Shown here piece by piece: positions 1 through 9,674 of a stretch of 39,655 bases of DNA. The notes under the pieces were generated by a model. The model saw only the letters and a list, made by a program, of their open reading frames with translations, made no database searches and was not told the origin of the DNA. A program made the position numbers and the translations under genes. This DNA is from a virus (Duplodnaviria > Caudoviricetes): positions 1 to 39,655 of IMG/VR virus record IMGVR_UViG_3300032295_000873; one strand, written 5' to 3'. Position 1 is the stretch's first letter. Every line of letters starts with the position of its first letter.

Positions 1-259
1 AGATTCAGACACTTGGCGAGTTGACACCGTTTATCTTGGGAGCGATGCACGAAATTCATCAGAGAAAGACCCCACCATCCAGGCGCTTGGTATGGGTGGG
101 CAGATTTATGGAGCACGTGCTGACCTCATCATTCTTGATGACTGTATAACTACAGCCAACGCCCATGAGTGGGAAAAGCAAATCAACTGGTTACAAAAAG
201 AAGTTATTACCCGTCTGGGTAAAAATGGCAAGTTACTAATCGTAGGGACACGAATTGCA
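1..259. repeat. Left copy of imperfect terminal direct repeat (circular overlap within terL)
   Basis: Aligns without gaps to 39397-39655 (offset 39396); about 19 mismatches by hand count, mostly synonymous. Confidence 0.95.
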
Positions 260-1291
260 GCGCAAGACTTCTATAAAGAACTCCGTGAAACCAAACACTG
301 GTCTGGTGGTAAAAGCCCTTTTACTTATATGGGCATGCCTGCTGTTTTGGAATATTCAGAAGACCCTAAAGACTGGAAGACGCTCTGGCCTAAGTCGGAC
401 CTTCCGTGGGATGGGGATTCTGACGTACCTGACGAAGAGGGCCTCTTCCCGAAATGGGATGGGATAGCATTAAAGAAAAGACGTAGTGAAGTAACACCGT
501 CAACATGGGCTTTAGTTTATCAGCAGGAGGATGTCGAAGAAGATTCCATCTTCCCACCCGCTTTGGTGCAAGGCAGTACCAACGGGCAACGCAGAAAAGG
601 TCCATTGCGCCAAGGGGCGGTGGGACATCCGACTGCAGTTGAGGGTTACACAATTATTGGATTTGACCCAGCGATGGGAGATAAGGCTCATGCAGCCTTC
701 GTAGTAGTTACCTATAACAGAATAGATTCTAGAATATATGTTTTAGATTGTATTAACATGGGTGAACCGAACCCGCAAAAAATTAGAAGTACGATAGAAG
801 AACTTGTATTGAAATACAAGCCACAAGAATTTAGAGTAGAAATTAACGCCCACCAGAAAGCATACTCATTAGATGATGACTTGCGACAATGGCTTGGTAT
901 GTATGGCGTAAGACTTGAATCTCATGTTACTAACAAAAATAAGTGGGACGCATCATTTGGTGTAGCATCTATGTCTACCCTGTTTGGAACCATGCGAGAA
1001 GAAAAGTTCCAGAAGAACAATATGATTGAACTTCCATCTACTACTGATTCTGAAGGACTTAAGTCTCTTACTCAGCAGTTGATTACCTGGAAGCCAAGCA
1101 CTAGAGGTAAGACCGACTGTGTTATGGCACTATGGTTCGCTGTGCTTAGAGCACGGGAGTTTATGCAACAAACAAATCACTTGCAGAAGTTTTCATCTAA
1201 TAGGTGGACAACCCGTGCACAGTCAGCGCAAAGATATACAATCAATCTAGATGAGGCCTTTTCAGAACAATGGGCCGAACAATACGGATAA
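2..1291 (+). CDS. terL: Terminase large subunit, C-terminal part (continues in frame from 38795 across the join)
   Basis: Walker B LIILDD, coupling motif IVGTR, RNase H-like nuclease motifs IIGFDPA and DCVMALWFA; upstream of portal. Confidence 0.93.
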   Translation, partial: DSDTWRVDTVYLGSDARNSSEKDPTIQALGMGGQIYGARADLIILDDCITTANAHEWEKQINWLQKEVITRLGKNGKLLIVGTRIAAQDFYKELRETKHWSGGKSPFTYMGMPAVLEYSEDPKDWKTLWPKSDLPWDGDSDVPDEEGLFPKWDGIALKKRRSEVTPSTWALVYQQEDVEEDSIFPPALVQGSTNGQRRKGPLRQGAVGHPTAVEGYTIIGFDPAMGDKAHAAFVVVTYNRIDSRIYVLDCINMGEPNPQKIRSTIEELVLKYKPQEFRVEINAHQKAYSLDDDLRQWLGMYGVRLESHVTNKNKWDASFGVASMSTLFGTMREEKFQKNNMIELPSTTDSEGLKSLTQQLITWKPSTRGKTDCVMALWFAVLRAREFMQQTNHLQKFSSNRWTTRAQSAQRYTINLDEAFSEQWAEQYG

Positions 1292-1300
1292 GGACATAAC

Positions 1301-1723
1301 ATGGCACTTCCATTAATTGCAGCAGGTATTGCTGCAAAAGTAGTAGCAAAAAAATTAGCAACAAGAGCCGCTGGCGGTATTGTAGGTAAAGGTGCTAAGA
1401 GCGTTAACCCTGTTTATAAAAATATGGGTTCAAGCGTAAAAGTTGTTCCAAGTAAAACCGCTCCTAAAACTGGTCTTGAAAATCGTGGTAATAAAATTAC
1501 TACTGAATCTCAAAAAAAAGCGGCTACTAAAATTAACGAAGATAGATGGGAAAAGTATGCAGAACAACGTTTTGATACATTCCCAGGTGGACCACGTGCT
1601 GACCAAACAGGAATTTCTCGTGGAGCAACAAGAAAAAAAATTACTCAAAATAAAAAAATAGCAAAAGCGCAAGATAAAAAACTACCAATTAAAATTAATA
1701 GCAACCCAATGCGTGGCAAGTAA
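1301..1723 (+). CDS. Basic hypothetical protein
   Basis: 140-aa ORF, RBS AAGGA, Lys-rich with hydrophobic Ala/Gly N-terminus. Confidence 0.7.
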   Translation: MALPLIAAGIAAKVVAKKLATRAAGGIVGKGAKSVNPVYKNMGSSVKVVPSKTAPKTGLENRGNKITTESQKKAATKINEDRWEKYAEQRFDTFPGGPRADQTGISRGATRKKITQNKKIAKAQDKKLPIKINSNPMRGK

Positions 1724-1750
1724 ATAATTTTTTTCTATCGTTAGGATATA

Positions 1751-3505
1751 ATGTTATCAATTAGTCAAATTGCAGCGAGGGTAGAATCTTTACGCTCCCG
1801 TTCATCAGAACGAGACCGTAGACAACTAGACGTTCTTGCTGTTCGTAAAGGACAGATATCACAGGTATACCCTGAGTTTTTTCCAGAGGGTGTAGATGCT
1901 AACGTAGTAGCAAACTTTATTGACATTGTTGCCCGTGACCTATCAGAAGTTATGGCACCGCTGCCAGCAGTAAACTGTTCTGCAGCCAACCAAGTATCAG
2001 ATAGAGCAAGAGTCTTCGCTGATAAGCGTACTCGTATTGCAACAAATTATTTTAGCAATTCAGATTTACAAGTGCAGATGTATCAAGGTGCAGACCAATA
2101 CATCACATTTGGTTTCGTCCCATTCATTGTTGAATTAGACGAAGAAGCAGGGCTACCACGTATCCGAATAGAAAGTCCGATTGGGGCTTACCCAGAGTTT
2201 GACCGCTACGGACGTTGTATTGCCTTTGCAAAGAAATACTCACTTACACTTGCGGAACTGGTTGCACAGTATCCTGAGTTTGAGATTCAACTATTAGGTG
2301 CTGACCGTTATGAGCAGAACCTAGATGCACGTATTGACATTATTCGTTATTACGATAAAGAGCAATCAACCATCTTTATTCCATCACGGAATAACTTAGT
2401 TTTATCTCAAGTCAAAAACCCACTTGGTAAAATGCAAGTTGTGGTGGCAAAGCGTCCATCACTAGACGGTGAGATGCGTGGTCAATTTGATGACGTACTA
2501 GGTATCCAACTGCTTCGTAATAGGTTCGCATTACTTGCGATGGAAGCAGCAGAGAAATCAGTACAAGCACCAATTGTTGTACCAGGCGATGTTCAAGAAC
2601 TACAGTTGGGTGGAGATGCAATTATCCGCACCAACTCACCAGCAGGTGTGCGCCGTGTAGATTTAAATATTCCAGCGGGTGCATTCACCGAACAACAAGT
2701 ATTACTTAATGAGTTGCGTACTGGAACACGTTATCCAGAGTCAAGAACTGGAAACATAGATGCATCAATAGTCACGGGACAAGGCGTTCAAGCGCTTATG
2801 GGTGGCTTTGATACACAGGTTAAATCAGCCCAAGCAATCTTTGCTTCTGCTCTTAAAGATGTTATCTCTATCTGTTTTGAGATGGATGAGAAATTATTTA
2901 ACTTTGTTAAAACAATTCGTGGTGTTGATGCTGGTTCACCTTACTCACTTGAGTACACACCATCAAAGGATATTAAAGCCGATTACACAGCCGATGTTCG
3001 CTATGGCATGCTTGCTGGTCTTAATCCAGCGCAGGGACTTATCTTCATGCTACAAGCACTTGGTGGTAAATTAATTTCTAAGGATATGGCTATGCGTGAA
3101 CTACCATTTGGTATTAACGTAACCCAAGAACAAGAAAAGATTGAAGTGGAAGAAATGCGTAATGCTTTAGTGGGTTCACTACAAGCATACACACAAGCAA
3201 TTCCACAACTAGCAGCATCAGGCGGAGATGCATCTGATATCGTAAAGAAAATTGCACAAGTAATCAAAGCCCGTCAAAAGGGTATTTCGATTGAAGATGC
3301 GATTGAAGATATCTTTGCTCCAGAATTACCTCCCGCTGGTGCCCAAATGGTTGAGCAAACGTCCCCTGCTCCCGCAGAGGCTCCAGCAGGAGGCTTACCT
3401 TCACAACTACCACAACAACAAGGCGGAGGACTACAAAGTCTTTTATCTAGTTTAAGTGCAGGCGGTACGGCTAGTGCTAGTGCAAGGACAGTAATAAGAA
3501 GATAA
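1751..3505 (+). CDS. Portal protein
   Basis: 584 aa, downstream of terminase, helical composition and Pro/Gln-rich C-terminal tail typical of podovirus-like portals. Confidence 0.85.
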   Translation: MLSISQIAARVESLRSRSSERDRRQLDVLAVRKGQISQVYPEFFPEGVDANVVANFIDIVARDLSEVMAPLPAVNCSAANQVSDRARVFADKRTRIATNYFSNSDLQVQMYQGADQYITFGFVPFIVELDEEAGLPRIRIESPIGAYPEFDRYGRCIAFAKKYSLTLAELVAQYPEFEIQLLGADRYEQNLDARIDIIRYYDKEQSTIFIPSRNNLVLSQVKNPLGKMQVVVAKRPSLDGEMRGQFDDVLGIQLLRNRFALLAMEAAEKSVQAPIVVPGDVQELQLGGDAIIRTNSPAGVRRVDLNIPAGAFTEQQVLLNELRTGTRYPESRTGNIDASIVTGQGVQALMGGFDTQVKSAQAIFASALKDVISICFEMDEKLFNFVKTIRGVDAGSPYSLEYTPSKDIKADYTADVRYGMLAGLNPAQGLIFMLQALGGKLISKDMAMRELPFGINVTQEQEKIEVEEMRNALVGSLQAYTQAIPQLAASGGDASDIVKKIAQVIKARQKGISIEDAIEDIFAPELPPAGAQMVEQTSPAPAEAPAGGLPSQLPQQQGGGLQSLLSSLSAGGTASASARTVIRR

Positions 3506-3520
3506 CTTAAGCGGGGGATG

Positions 3521-4090
3521 ATGACAGTAATAGTCGGCATACAAGGTAATGGCTGGGCTGTCTTAGCAGCAGATTCAATGACTACATATACTGAAAGACC
3601 TTATGTAGCAAAGGGTTATGACAAGATAGTTAAAGTTGGTGAGTATCTAATTGCAGTAGCAGGTGATGCTATAGCAGGAGATGTCCTTAATAACTTATGG
3701 CAACCGCCTAAAGTAATTAAGACGCAAGACCCAGACCGTTTTATGATGATAAGAGTATTACCATCTATAAAACAAACATTAGCAGATGCAGGTTATGAAC
3801 CAGCACCTAAAACCAAAGGCGAGGATGACTCTGGTTGGGATGCATTAGTTTGTTTTAATGGAAAGTTATATCAAGTTACCGATGACTTTGGATATATGCG
3901 AGATGACAAGAATCTATATGGAATTGGTTCTGGTGGAGGATTAGCCCTTGGTGCATTAGCATCAATGGAACTTGAAACAAAGACACATGCGAAAGCATCA
4001 AGCGCTGCTAAGAAGGCAGTAAACATTGCAATTCAATATAATATTTGGTGCGGTGGACCCGTTCATATAAAAACACAATTTACTAAGTAG
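3521..4090 (+). CDS. Ntn-hydrolase (proteasome beta/HslV-like) threonine peptidase
   Basis: M-T1-VIVG start, AAD17S, K34 in DKI and GIGSGG match the proteasome beta-subunit catalytic pattern. Confidence 0.85.
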   Translation: MTVIVGIQGNGWAVLAADSMTTYTERPYVAKGYDKIVKVGEYLIAVAGDAIAGDVLNNLWQPPKVIKTQDPDRFMMIRVLPSIKQTLADAGYEPAPKTKGEDDSGWDALVCFNGKLYQVTDDFGYMRDDKNLYGIGSGGGLALGALASMELETKTHAKASSAAKKAVNIAIQYNIWCGGPVHIKTQFTK

Positions 4091-4095
4091 GAGGA

Positions 4096-4503
4096 ATGAT
4101 GGAGCAAGGTGGATATAGAAAACCGAATAACCCAGCCCCAGTATCAGGCCCTGGCTCTCTTAGTCAACGTACTGATGGGGGTCCAACACAAGGTGCAACC
4201 TATATGTCAGGATTACCATATGGACAAGGACAACAAAACTACGACAACCAAGTAGCAGCGCCTATGGCTGGTAATCCAATTCCTAAAATGGAAATGCCAA
4301 CACCACTAAGTGCCCCTACCGCTCGTCCTTCAGAACCAATTACTGCAGGTATTGACCGTGGTCCTGGTCCAGGTTCAGAAGCAATGGGAGTCTTGCCTAA
4401 TAGGGCTTTTACAATTACAGAAGTATTTAGAAATTTAATTGCCTATGACCCATCTGGAGATTCAGAATTAATTTATAGACAATTAGTTGACGAAGGGTAT
4501 TAA
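4096..4503 (+). CDS. Pro/Gly-rich hypothetical virion-associated protein
   Basis: RBS AGGAGG; stop overlaps next start. Confidence 0.7.
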   Translation: MMEQGGYRKPNNPAPVSGPGSLSQRTDGGPTQGATYMSGLPYGQGQQNYDNQVAAPMAGNPIPKMEMPTPLSAPTARPSEPITAGIDRGPGPGSEAMGVLPNRAFTITEVFRNLIAYDPSGDSELIYRQLVDEGY

Positions 4504-7500
4504 TGTCTGTAAAAGTTAATTTTATAGTAGCAAAGACTAACCCTAATCTTTATGCTGCTGCTAAGGCTGCCAACTTGCCACAAGACCAAGTATCTCAATT
4601 AGAACAATTTTCTTGGACAGTTGATAAAAATAAAAAACTTAATCAATTATCTACTGATGCTGCCAGAAAAGAATATAACGAGTTAGACCCAGAGATTCAA
4701 AATAAACTTAAGTATTTATATCCTAAAGCAGATTACATGCAAGCACCACCAGATGCTAGCGACTATGCATTAGGTGCATTAAAGACTGTTGGTAAGATTG
4801 CAGCAAGCCCATTGATTGGTATATTCAAGGCTGCTGGTGTTTACAATAGAGTAATCAATACTCCTTACCTAGTAGCACGTCAGGCTTCTCAAGGTGAAGG
4901 TTTGTTTTCTATGCAAACCTGGACAGATGCTTGGGATGGTCGTAGAATATTTGACCACGGTGCACTGGCTGAAACTATTAATACTTTTGGTAATGAAAGA
5001 GTAGAGGTTGCAAAAGGATTTCTAGCGGGTAAAACACCTGGAGAAATTATTGCAGCATCTGGCGGTACAGTAAATCAAAAACTATTAGATGCTTTAGAAG
5101 AGTCACTTAACAATCCAGATGAGTTTAAGCAAGTAATGGATGGCGTTAAGTATGCACAGGTATCTCCAGGTAGAGATATAGCCCGTTCATTCTATAGCAA
5201 AAATCCAAATAGCAGTACTGCTACTGGAGATTACATTGATGGTAAAACTAAAGACCTGTCAGGTAAAATAGATTTCTTTTATCAATTAGCAATTGACCCA
5301 CTTACTTATTTTACTGGTGGTTTATCAAGCGCAGCCCGTGCTGGTACTAGAGCAGTAAAGACAATACAAAAATTTCCAAATGCCACTGGTGTTAAAATGG
5401 TATTTGATGATGAAAAAAATGGTGTTCGTAAGTTATGGGATGACCAACTTGGCCCTAAGGTTTCAAACCTTATAGATGCTAAAAAAGCAGGGGATAGAGT
5501 AGCGGCAAAAACAATTACCGATGATATTAAATTAAATCATCCTGCATATAATAACGATTCAGCAATTAAAATGTTAGAAGAAAATAATATTGTTAATGCT
5601 AAATCTGCAATAGATTACTTTTCACAAGCAGAAAAACTACCTTACTTTATGGGTGGTCGTGTTGATGGTATTCAATACTCCCGCAATGGTATTGCTACTG
5701 CAAATACTCATAGAAAATTAGCAATAGGTGTTTCTAAGTTTACAGAAAAGTTTATTAACCCAAAAGTTTTTGGTACTCCTGAAGAAGCGCTTAAAGCATC
5801 TGATGATGCCTGGGATTCTTTGCTTAAACAGTCTCCAGAAAATTCATCTATTGCTCCAGAAGCAACTGACTTAAAGAAATTTCATGATAGTTTAACATTA
5901 AAACAAAAACTTCAGGTTGGTTTATCTCGTCAACTTACCCGTTCTCCACAAAATGCTGTAATAAAACTAGGAACAGATGCAGTAGAAACTGCTAATGCCT
6001 TTAGATTAACCGCAAGACAGGTTATGCCTAAAGACATGGCTGAGTTTATGACTCAAAAGTTTATTACATCTACACAAAATGACCAGATTTCTATTATGAA
6101 AGCAATTGACTACGCAATTATTGAGCGTTATGGCATTACAGGCGTACCTGGTGGTAAAGATTTAGCAATGGAAATCATAAATACCAAGTATGGTATATCC
6201 AATGCCATGGATGAGGCTGCAGAATTAGCAGTTCGTCCAGATGTAGCCCAAATTTTATCTAAAGATACAATAGTTTATCGTGATGGTGTGGCTTATAAAA
6301 AAACTGGAAGCGTTATTCAACCATTCCAAGAAACAAATGCAGTTGCTGCTCTTGATTACTTTATGTTAAGTGAGTATGCATTCCAAGCAAAAAGAAAAAA
6401 GAACTTTTTATTAAGCATACAAGGTTCAACTTCATCTAAACTTGCAACTGAATTAGTAAATGGTTGGTCTTTGTTTACTCTTTTCCCACGATTGGGTATA
6501 CGAAGTGCTATTGATGAGTCAATGATGTACATCCTTACCGCACCTGCTAAAAACATAATGGATGTTTTTGTTCCTGGATTTTTAAAAGGAGATGTAGGTC
6601 TTGGTAGAAAAGGAAGCATAGCCTCAAATATTGCTTCATCATATTCTGGCTCTAAGTCTGGCGAAAAGTTACGTCAAGGTCTTGCTCGTAAACTTGGACT
6701 CAAGAATCCAGCAGAGGCTTTAGATATTCAGGCTAGAGAAAATGCGCTCATTAAATATGCTAAAGAAAAAGGACTGGCAGATACTGGCGAGTTAACTTCA
6801 AGCCAACGTAAATATGCACAAGCCCTTGCTGCTACAGATATTTACAATAGTAGATTGATGGGCAAGTTAGACCCAGATGAAAAAGATTATTTAGTTCAAG
6901 CCCTTGCTTTAAATTCACAATATTTGGGTGCAGCAACTCGTTCTATTACCAGCGCTGCCAACATTACTGGCAAGCAAGCCCCAGAGGTTGCTGAAGAGTT
7001 TTTAGATATGAATCAATTTGACCGCTTGCTTAAGTCCCTTCAGGAAAACTTTAGAGTCGAAGGTGCAGCAAAAGGTAAAGATGTTGATGTTTCAAAGTTA
7101 GTAAGAGATGGCGTTCTTAATGGTATGGGCGTTGGAGTTATACACTTTGAAAACTTTGTAAAACGTTTTTATGGAAACCGTAAAAACGTTTATGGTTTTC
7201 TACAAACCTATAACTTTAATCCAGCCACAGTATTCTTAAACAATAATGCTTTAAGAGATACTAACGACTGGAATCGTGCCAGAAATCAATTACTATCTAA
7301 GGTAGGCATTGAGCGCAATGTAGAGGGAGTCTTTGATGACGTTACTCAACAGGCTATGGATGAACTACAAGGTAAATTTTTATATAGTATAAGAGATAAA
7401 AAGGCTTTAGATAGTTTCTTGCAAAGCAGAGGTTACACAAATACAAGACGCTCAGAAGGCGTAGATGATATTGATATTGCCCGTGACTTAGTAGAACAAA

Positions 7501-9674
7501 TCTTGGCTGATACTTATAGATATTTCCATGGAGATTCTCAAAAGTATAATCAAGGATTAGTTGATGCTATTAAATCAAAGCATAGCCAAATTGTAAAAGA
7601 TAAACCAGAGTTTGTTCCTGGTGCTTGGCGTGAAGCAGCGAAGGCTATAACATACGATGAGTTTACTGAGTTAACTAAAGGATTCCAACCATCTGGAAAG
7701 ATGTATACATCCCTTGCAATAGAGGGATTAGATGACTTTGGTAATCTTTACACACGCTTTGGTAACAAAGCAATGGAAATTATGGACCGTCAGGTTACTG
7801 GAATTATCCGTCAGCCTGCAACTATGGTTACTTACCTAAGACTTCGTAAGTTTTATGCACAATCAGAAAAGCAATATACCGAAGATTTGCTTAAACAAAT
7901 AGAAGCAGAAGCAATTCAAAGTGGAAAAAGTTTTAATAGAGCAGATGCTTATCAGATTGCTGAAGTACAAGCACAGAAGTATTTCTCTGAAATATCTATA
8001 CAGCAGGCTGCAGATGAAGTATTAAAGTTTGTTGATAACCCAACTATTCGTTCTAATTTTTCTGTATCAGCCAGAAACGTAGGCAGATACTATCGTGCTA
8101 CTGAAGATTTTTGGCGCCGTATCTATCGCTTGAAAGATGTAGCACCACGAGTCTTATATCGTACTAGATTGGCGCACCTAGGCTTAGATGCTGCTGGTGG
8201 TATATATGAAGACCAAAATGGTGACCCATATGTAATGATGCCTATGGATGATATTATCTTTAAGACAGTAGATAATGTTGTTCGTACATTAACACCTGGT
8301 GAAGCAGGATTTGGTCAACCAATATTTAATGACTTTACCATGAAGTTAAAATTGGCTAACCCATCCTTTACTCCAGATGCAGGTTTACCTACACTATCTG
8401 GACCAATTGGTGCACTAAGCGTTCTTGCTATGAAGAACATACTTGGTCAAGTTGGCGGTACTGCTGGAGTAAAAGCAGGAGAAGAGTTAGATAACTTTGC
8501 GCTAGGTAGCATTGGCGATAACATTGATATTGTAAGAGCAATTGTGCCTTCATCTTTGTTAAAGTTATATGCAATACTTCCACAAAACGAGAAGAGTAGA
8601 CAAGAAGCCACAGCAGCAATGCAGGCTATTGCATACAATGCATCTCAGGGCTATATGTTAGACCCTAGTGCCACTGACCAAGAGAAGTTTACATACTTAA
8701 AGAACATTCGTTTATCAGCACACAATATCGTAGTTATGCGTTCTATCTTGGGATTAATATCCCCAGTTGCTCCATCTATGCAAGAGTCAATAGATGTACC
8801 TAGTTACTTAAAAGAAGTAGGTATTACTGGATTACGTCCAGAGTTCTTTGATATATTAAATGCAGTTACTCAAAAGTATAAGGGTGATATCCAAGACCCA
8901 TACGAGTTAGCAGTGGCTACATTTATTGGCAAGAATCCAGGAAAGTTAATCTACACAGTATCTCGTGATGATAAGAAAACCAATGTTATTATTAATAAAA
9001 CAAAAGAATTAAAAAACTGGGCTATAGAAAATAATGATAATATTAAAGCCTACGGTGAGTCAGCATTTATATTTGCACCAAATACTGGCGACTTTGATGT
9101 TAGTACTTATGCTTGGCTAGAGGGTGCTGGACTACTAGGCAATAAAGACCTAGAAACTTATTATAGAGATGTATTGGTTTCTAAAGATAAACAAGCCTAT
9201 TACGATATAGCCAAAGAAGAGAAAGCATTTCTTGCTACATCTGGTGATACTATGTTGCGTAAGGCTATGATTGCAACCTCTACTAGAAGACGCAATGCAT
9301 TAAAGGCTAGCAACCCATTATTAGAATCAGCACTTGTTGGTGGCGGTAATGAGGTTGGCAGCGAGTTAGCAATGTTAACTAGCATAGAACAAATCTTAAT
9401 AGATAATAAAATTGCTGTAGATGCTGGTACTAAACAAAGAATGGCTATGGTAAGTTCAAGATTAAGACAATTTGTTTCCCTTGCCAATGACCCATCAAAG
9501 AGAGAACTATCTAACTTCTCTGATATTAAAAGAGAGATGAAACAAGATATCGAGGCTTTGATTAAAGACTTAGAGACTGGAGACCCAATTTTGAAAGAAG
9601 CAAACAGGGCTGTATTCAGGGCTATCCTTGATTTCTACTCCCGTGATACTTACACTGCAAGGGAGAGATTCTAA
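4503..9674 (+). CDS. Large (1723 aa) probable internal virion/ejection protein
   Basis: Size, position in the structural operon and helical composition; no catalytic motif recognised. Confidence 0.6.
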   Translation: MSVKVNFIVAKTNPNLYAAAKAANLPQDQVSQLEQFSWTVDKNKKLNQLSTDAARKEYNELDPEIQNKLKYLYPKADYMQAPPDASDYALGALKTVGKIAASPLIGIFKAAGVYNRVINTPYLVARQASQGEGLFSMQTWTDAWDGRRIFDHGALAETINTFGNERVEVAKGFLAGKTPGEIIAASGGTVNQKLLDALEESLNNPDEFKQVMDGVKYAQVSPGRDIARSFYSKNPNSSTATGDYIDGKTKDLSGKIDFFYQLAIDPLTYFTGGLSSAARAGTRAVKTIQKFPNATGVKMVFDDEKNGVRKLWDDQLGPKVSNLIDAKKAGDRVAAKTITDDIKLNHPAYNNDSAIKMLEENNIVNAKSAIDYFSQAEKLPYFMGGRVDGIQYSRNGIATANTHRKLAIGVSKFTEKFINPKVFGTPEEALKASDDAWDSLLKQSPENSSIAPEATDLKKFHDSLTLKQKLQVGLSRQLTRSPQNAVIKLGTDAVETANAFRLTARQVMPKDMAEFMTQKFITSTQNDQISIMKAIDYAIIERYGITGVPGGKDLAMEIINTKYGISNAMDEAAELAVRPDVAQILSKDTIVYRDGVAYKKTGSVIQPFQETNAVAALDYFMLSEYAFQAKRKKNFLLSIQGSTSSKLATELVNGWSLFTLFPRLGIRSAIDESMMYILTAPAKNIMDVFVPGFLKGDVGLGRKGSIASNIASSYSGSKSGEKLRQGLARKLGLKNPAEALDIQARENALIKYAKEKGLADTGELTSSQRKYAQALAATDIYNSRLMGKLDPDEKDYLVQALALNSQYLGAATRSITSAANITGKQAPEVAEEFLDMNQFDRLLKSLQENFRVEGAAKGKDVDVSKLVRDGVLNGMGVGVIHFENFVKRFYGNRKNVYGFLQTYNFNPATVFLNNNALRDTNDWNRARNQLLSKVGIERNVEGVFDDVTQQAMDELQGKFLYSIRDKKALDSFLQSRGYTNTRRSEGVDDIDIARDLVEQILADTYRYFHGDSQKYNQGLVDAIKSKHSQIVKDKPEFVPGAWREAAKAITYDEFTELTKGFQPSGKMYTSLAIEGLDDFGNLYTRFGNKAMEIMDRQVTGIIRQPATMVTYLRLRKFYAQSEKQYTEDLLKQIEAEAIQSGKSFNRADAYQIAEVQAQKYFSEISIQQAADEVLKFVDNPTIRSNFSVSARNVGRYYRATEDFWRRIYRLKDVAPRVLYRTRLAHLGLDAAGGIYEDQNGDPYVMMPMDDIIFKTVDNVVRTLTPGEAGFGQPIFNDFTMKLKLANPSFTPDAGLPTLSGPIGALSVLAMKNILGQVGGTAGVKAGEELDNFALGSIGDNIDIVRAIVPSSLLKLYAILPQNEKSRQEATAAMQAIAYNASQGYMLDPSATDQEKFTYLKNIRLSAHNIVVMRSILGLISPVAPSMQESIDVPSYLKEVGITGLRPEFFDILNAVTQKYKGDIQDPYELAVATFIGKNPGKLIYTVSRDDKKTNVIINKTKELKNWAIENNDNIKAYGESAFIFAPNTGDFDVSTYAWLEGAGLLGNKDLETYYRDVLVSKDKQAYYDIAKEEKAFLATSGDTMLRKAMIATSTRRRNALKASNPLLESALVGGGNEVGSELAMLTSIEQILIDNKIAVDAGTKQRMAMVSSRLRQFVSLANDPSKRELSNFSDIKREMKQDIEALIKDLETGDPILKEANRAVFRAILDFYSRDTYTARERF

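Noticed and set aside
1-259. Diversity-generating retroelement TR/VR pair with 39397-39655
   Set aside because: Mismatches are bidirectional and mostly synonymous, not adenine-specific to one copy; no reverse transcriptase seen
4503-9674. Virion RNA polymerase or tape measure protein
   Set aside because: No DxDGD or T7-type RxxxKx7YG motif found by eye, no tape-measure periodicity and no tail tube or chaperone genes; not excluded without structure prediction
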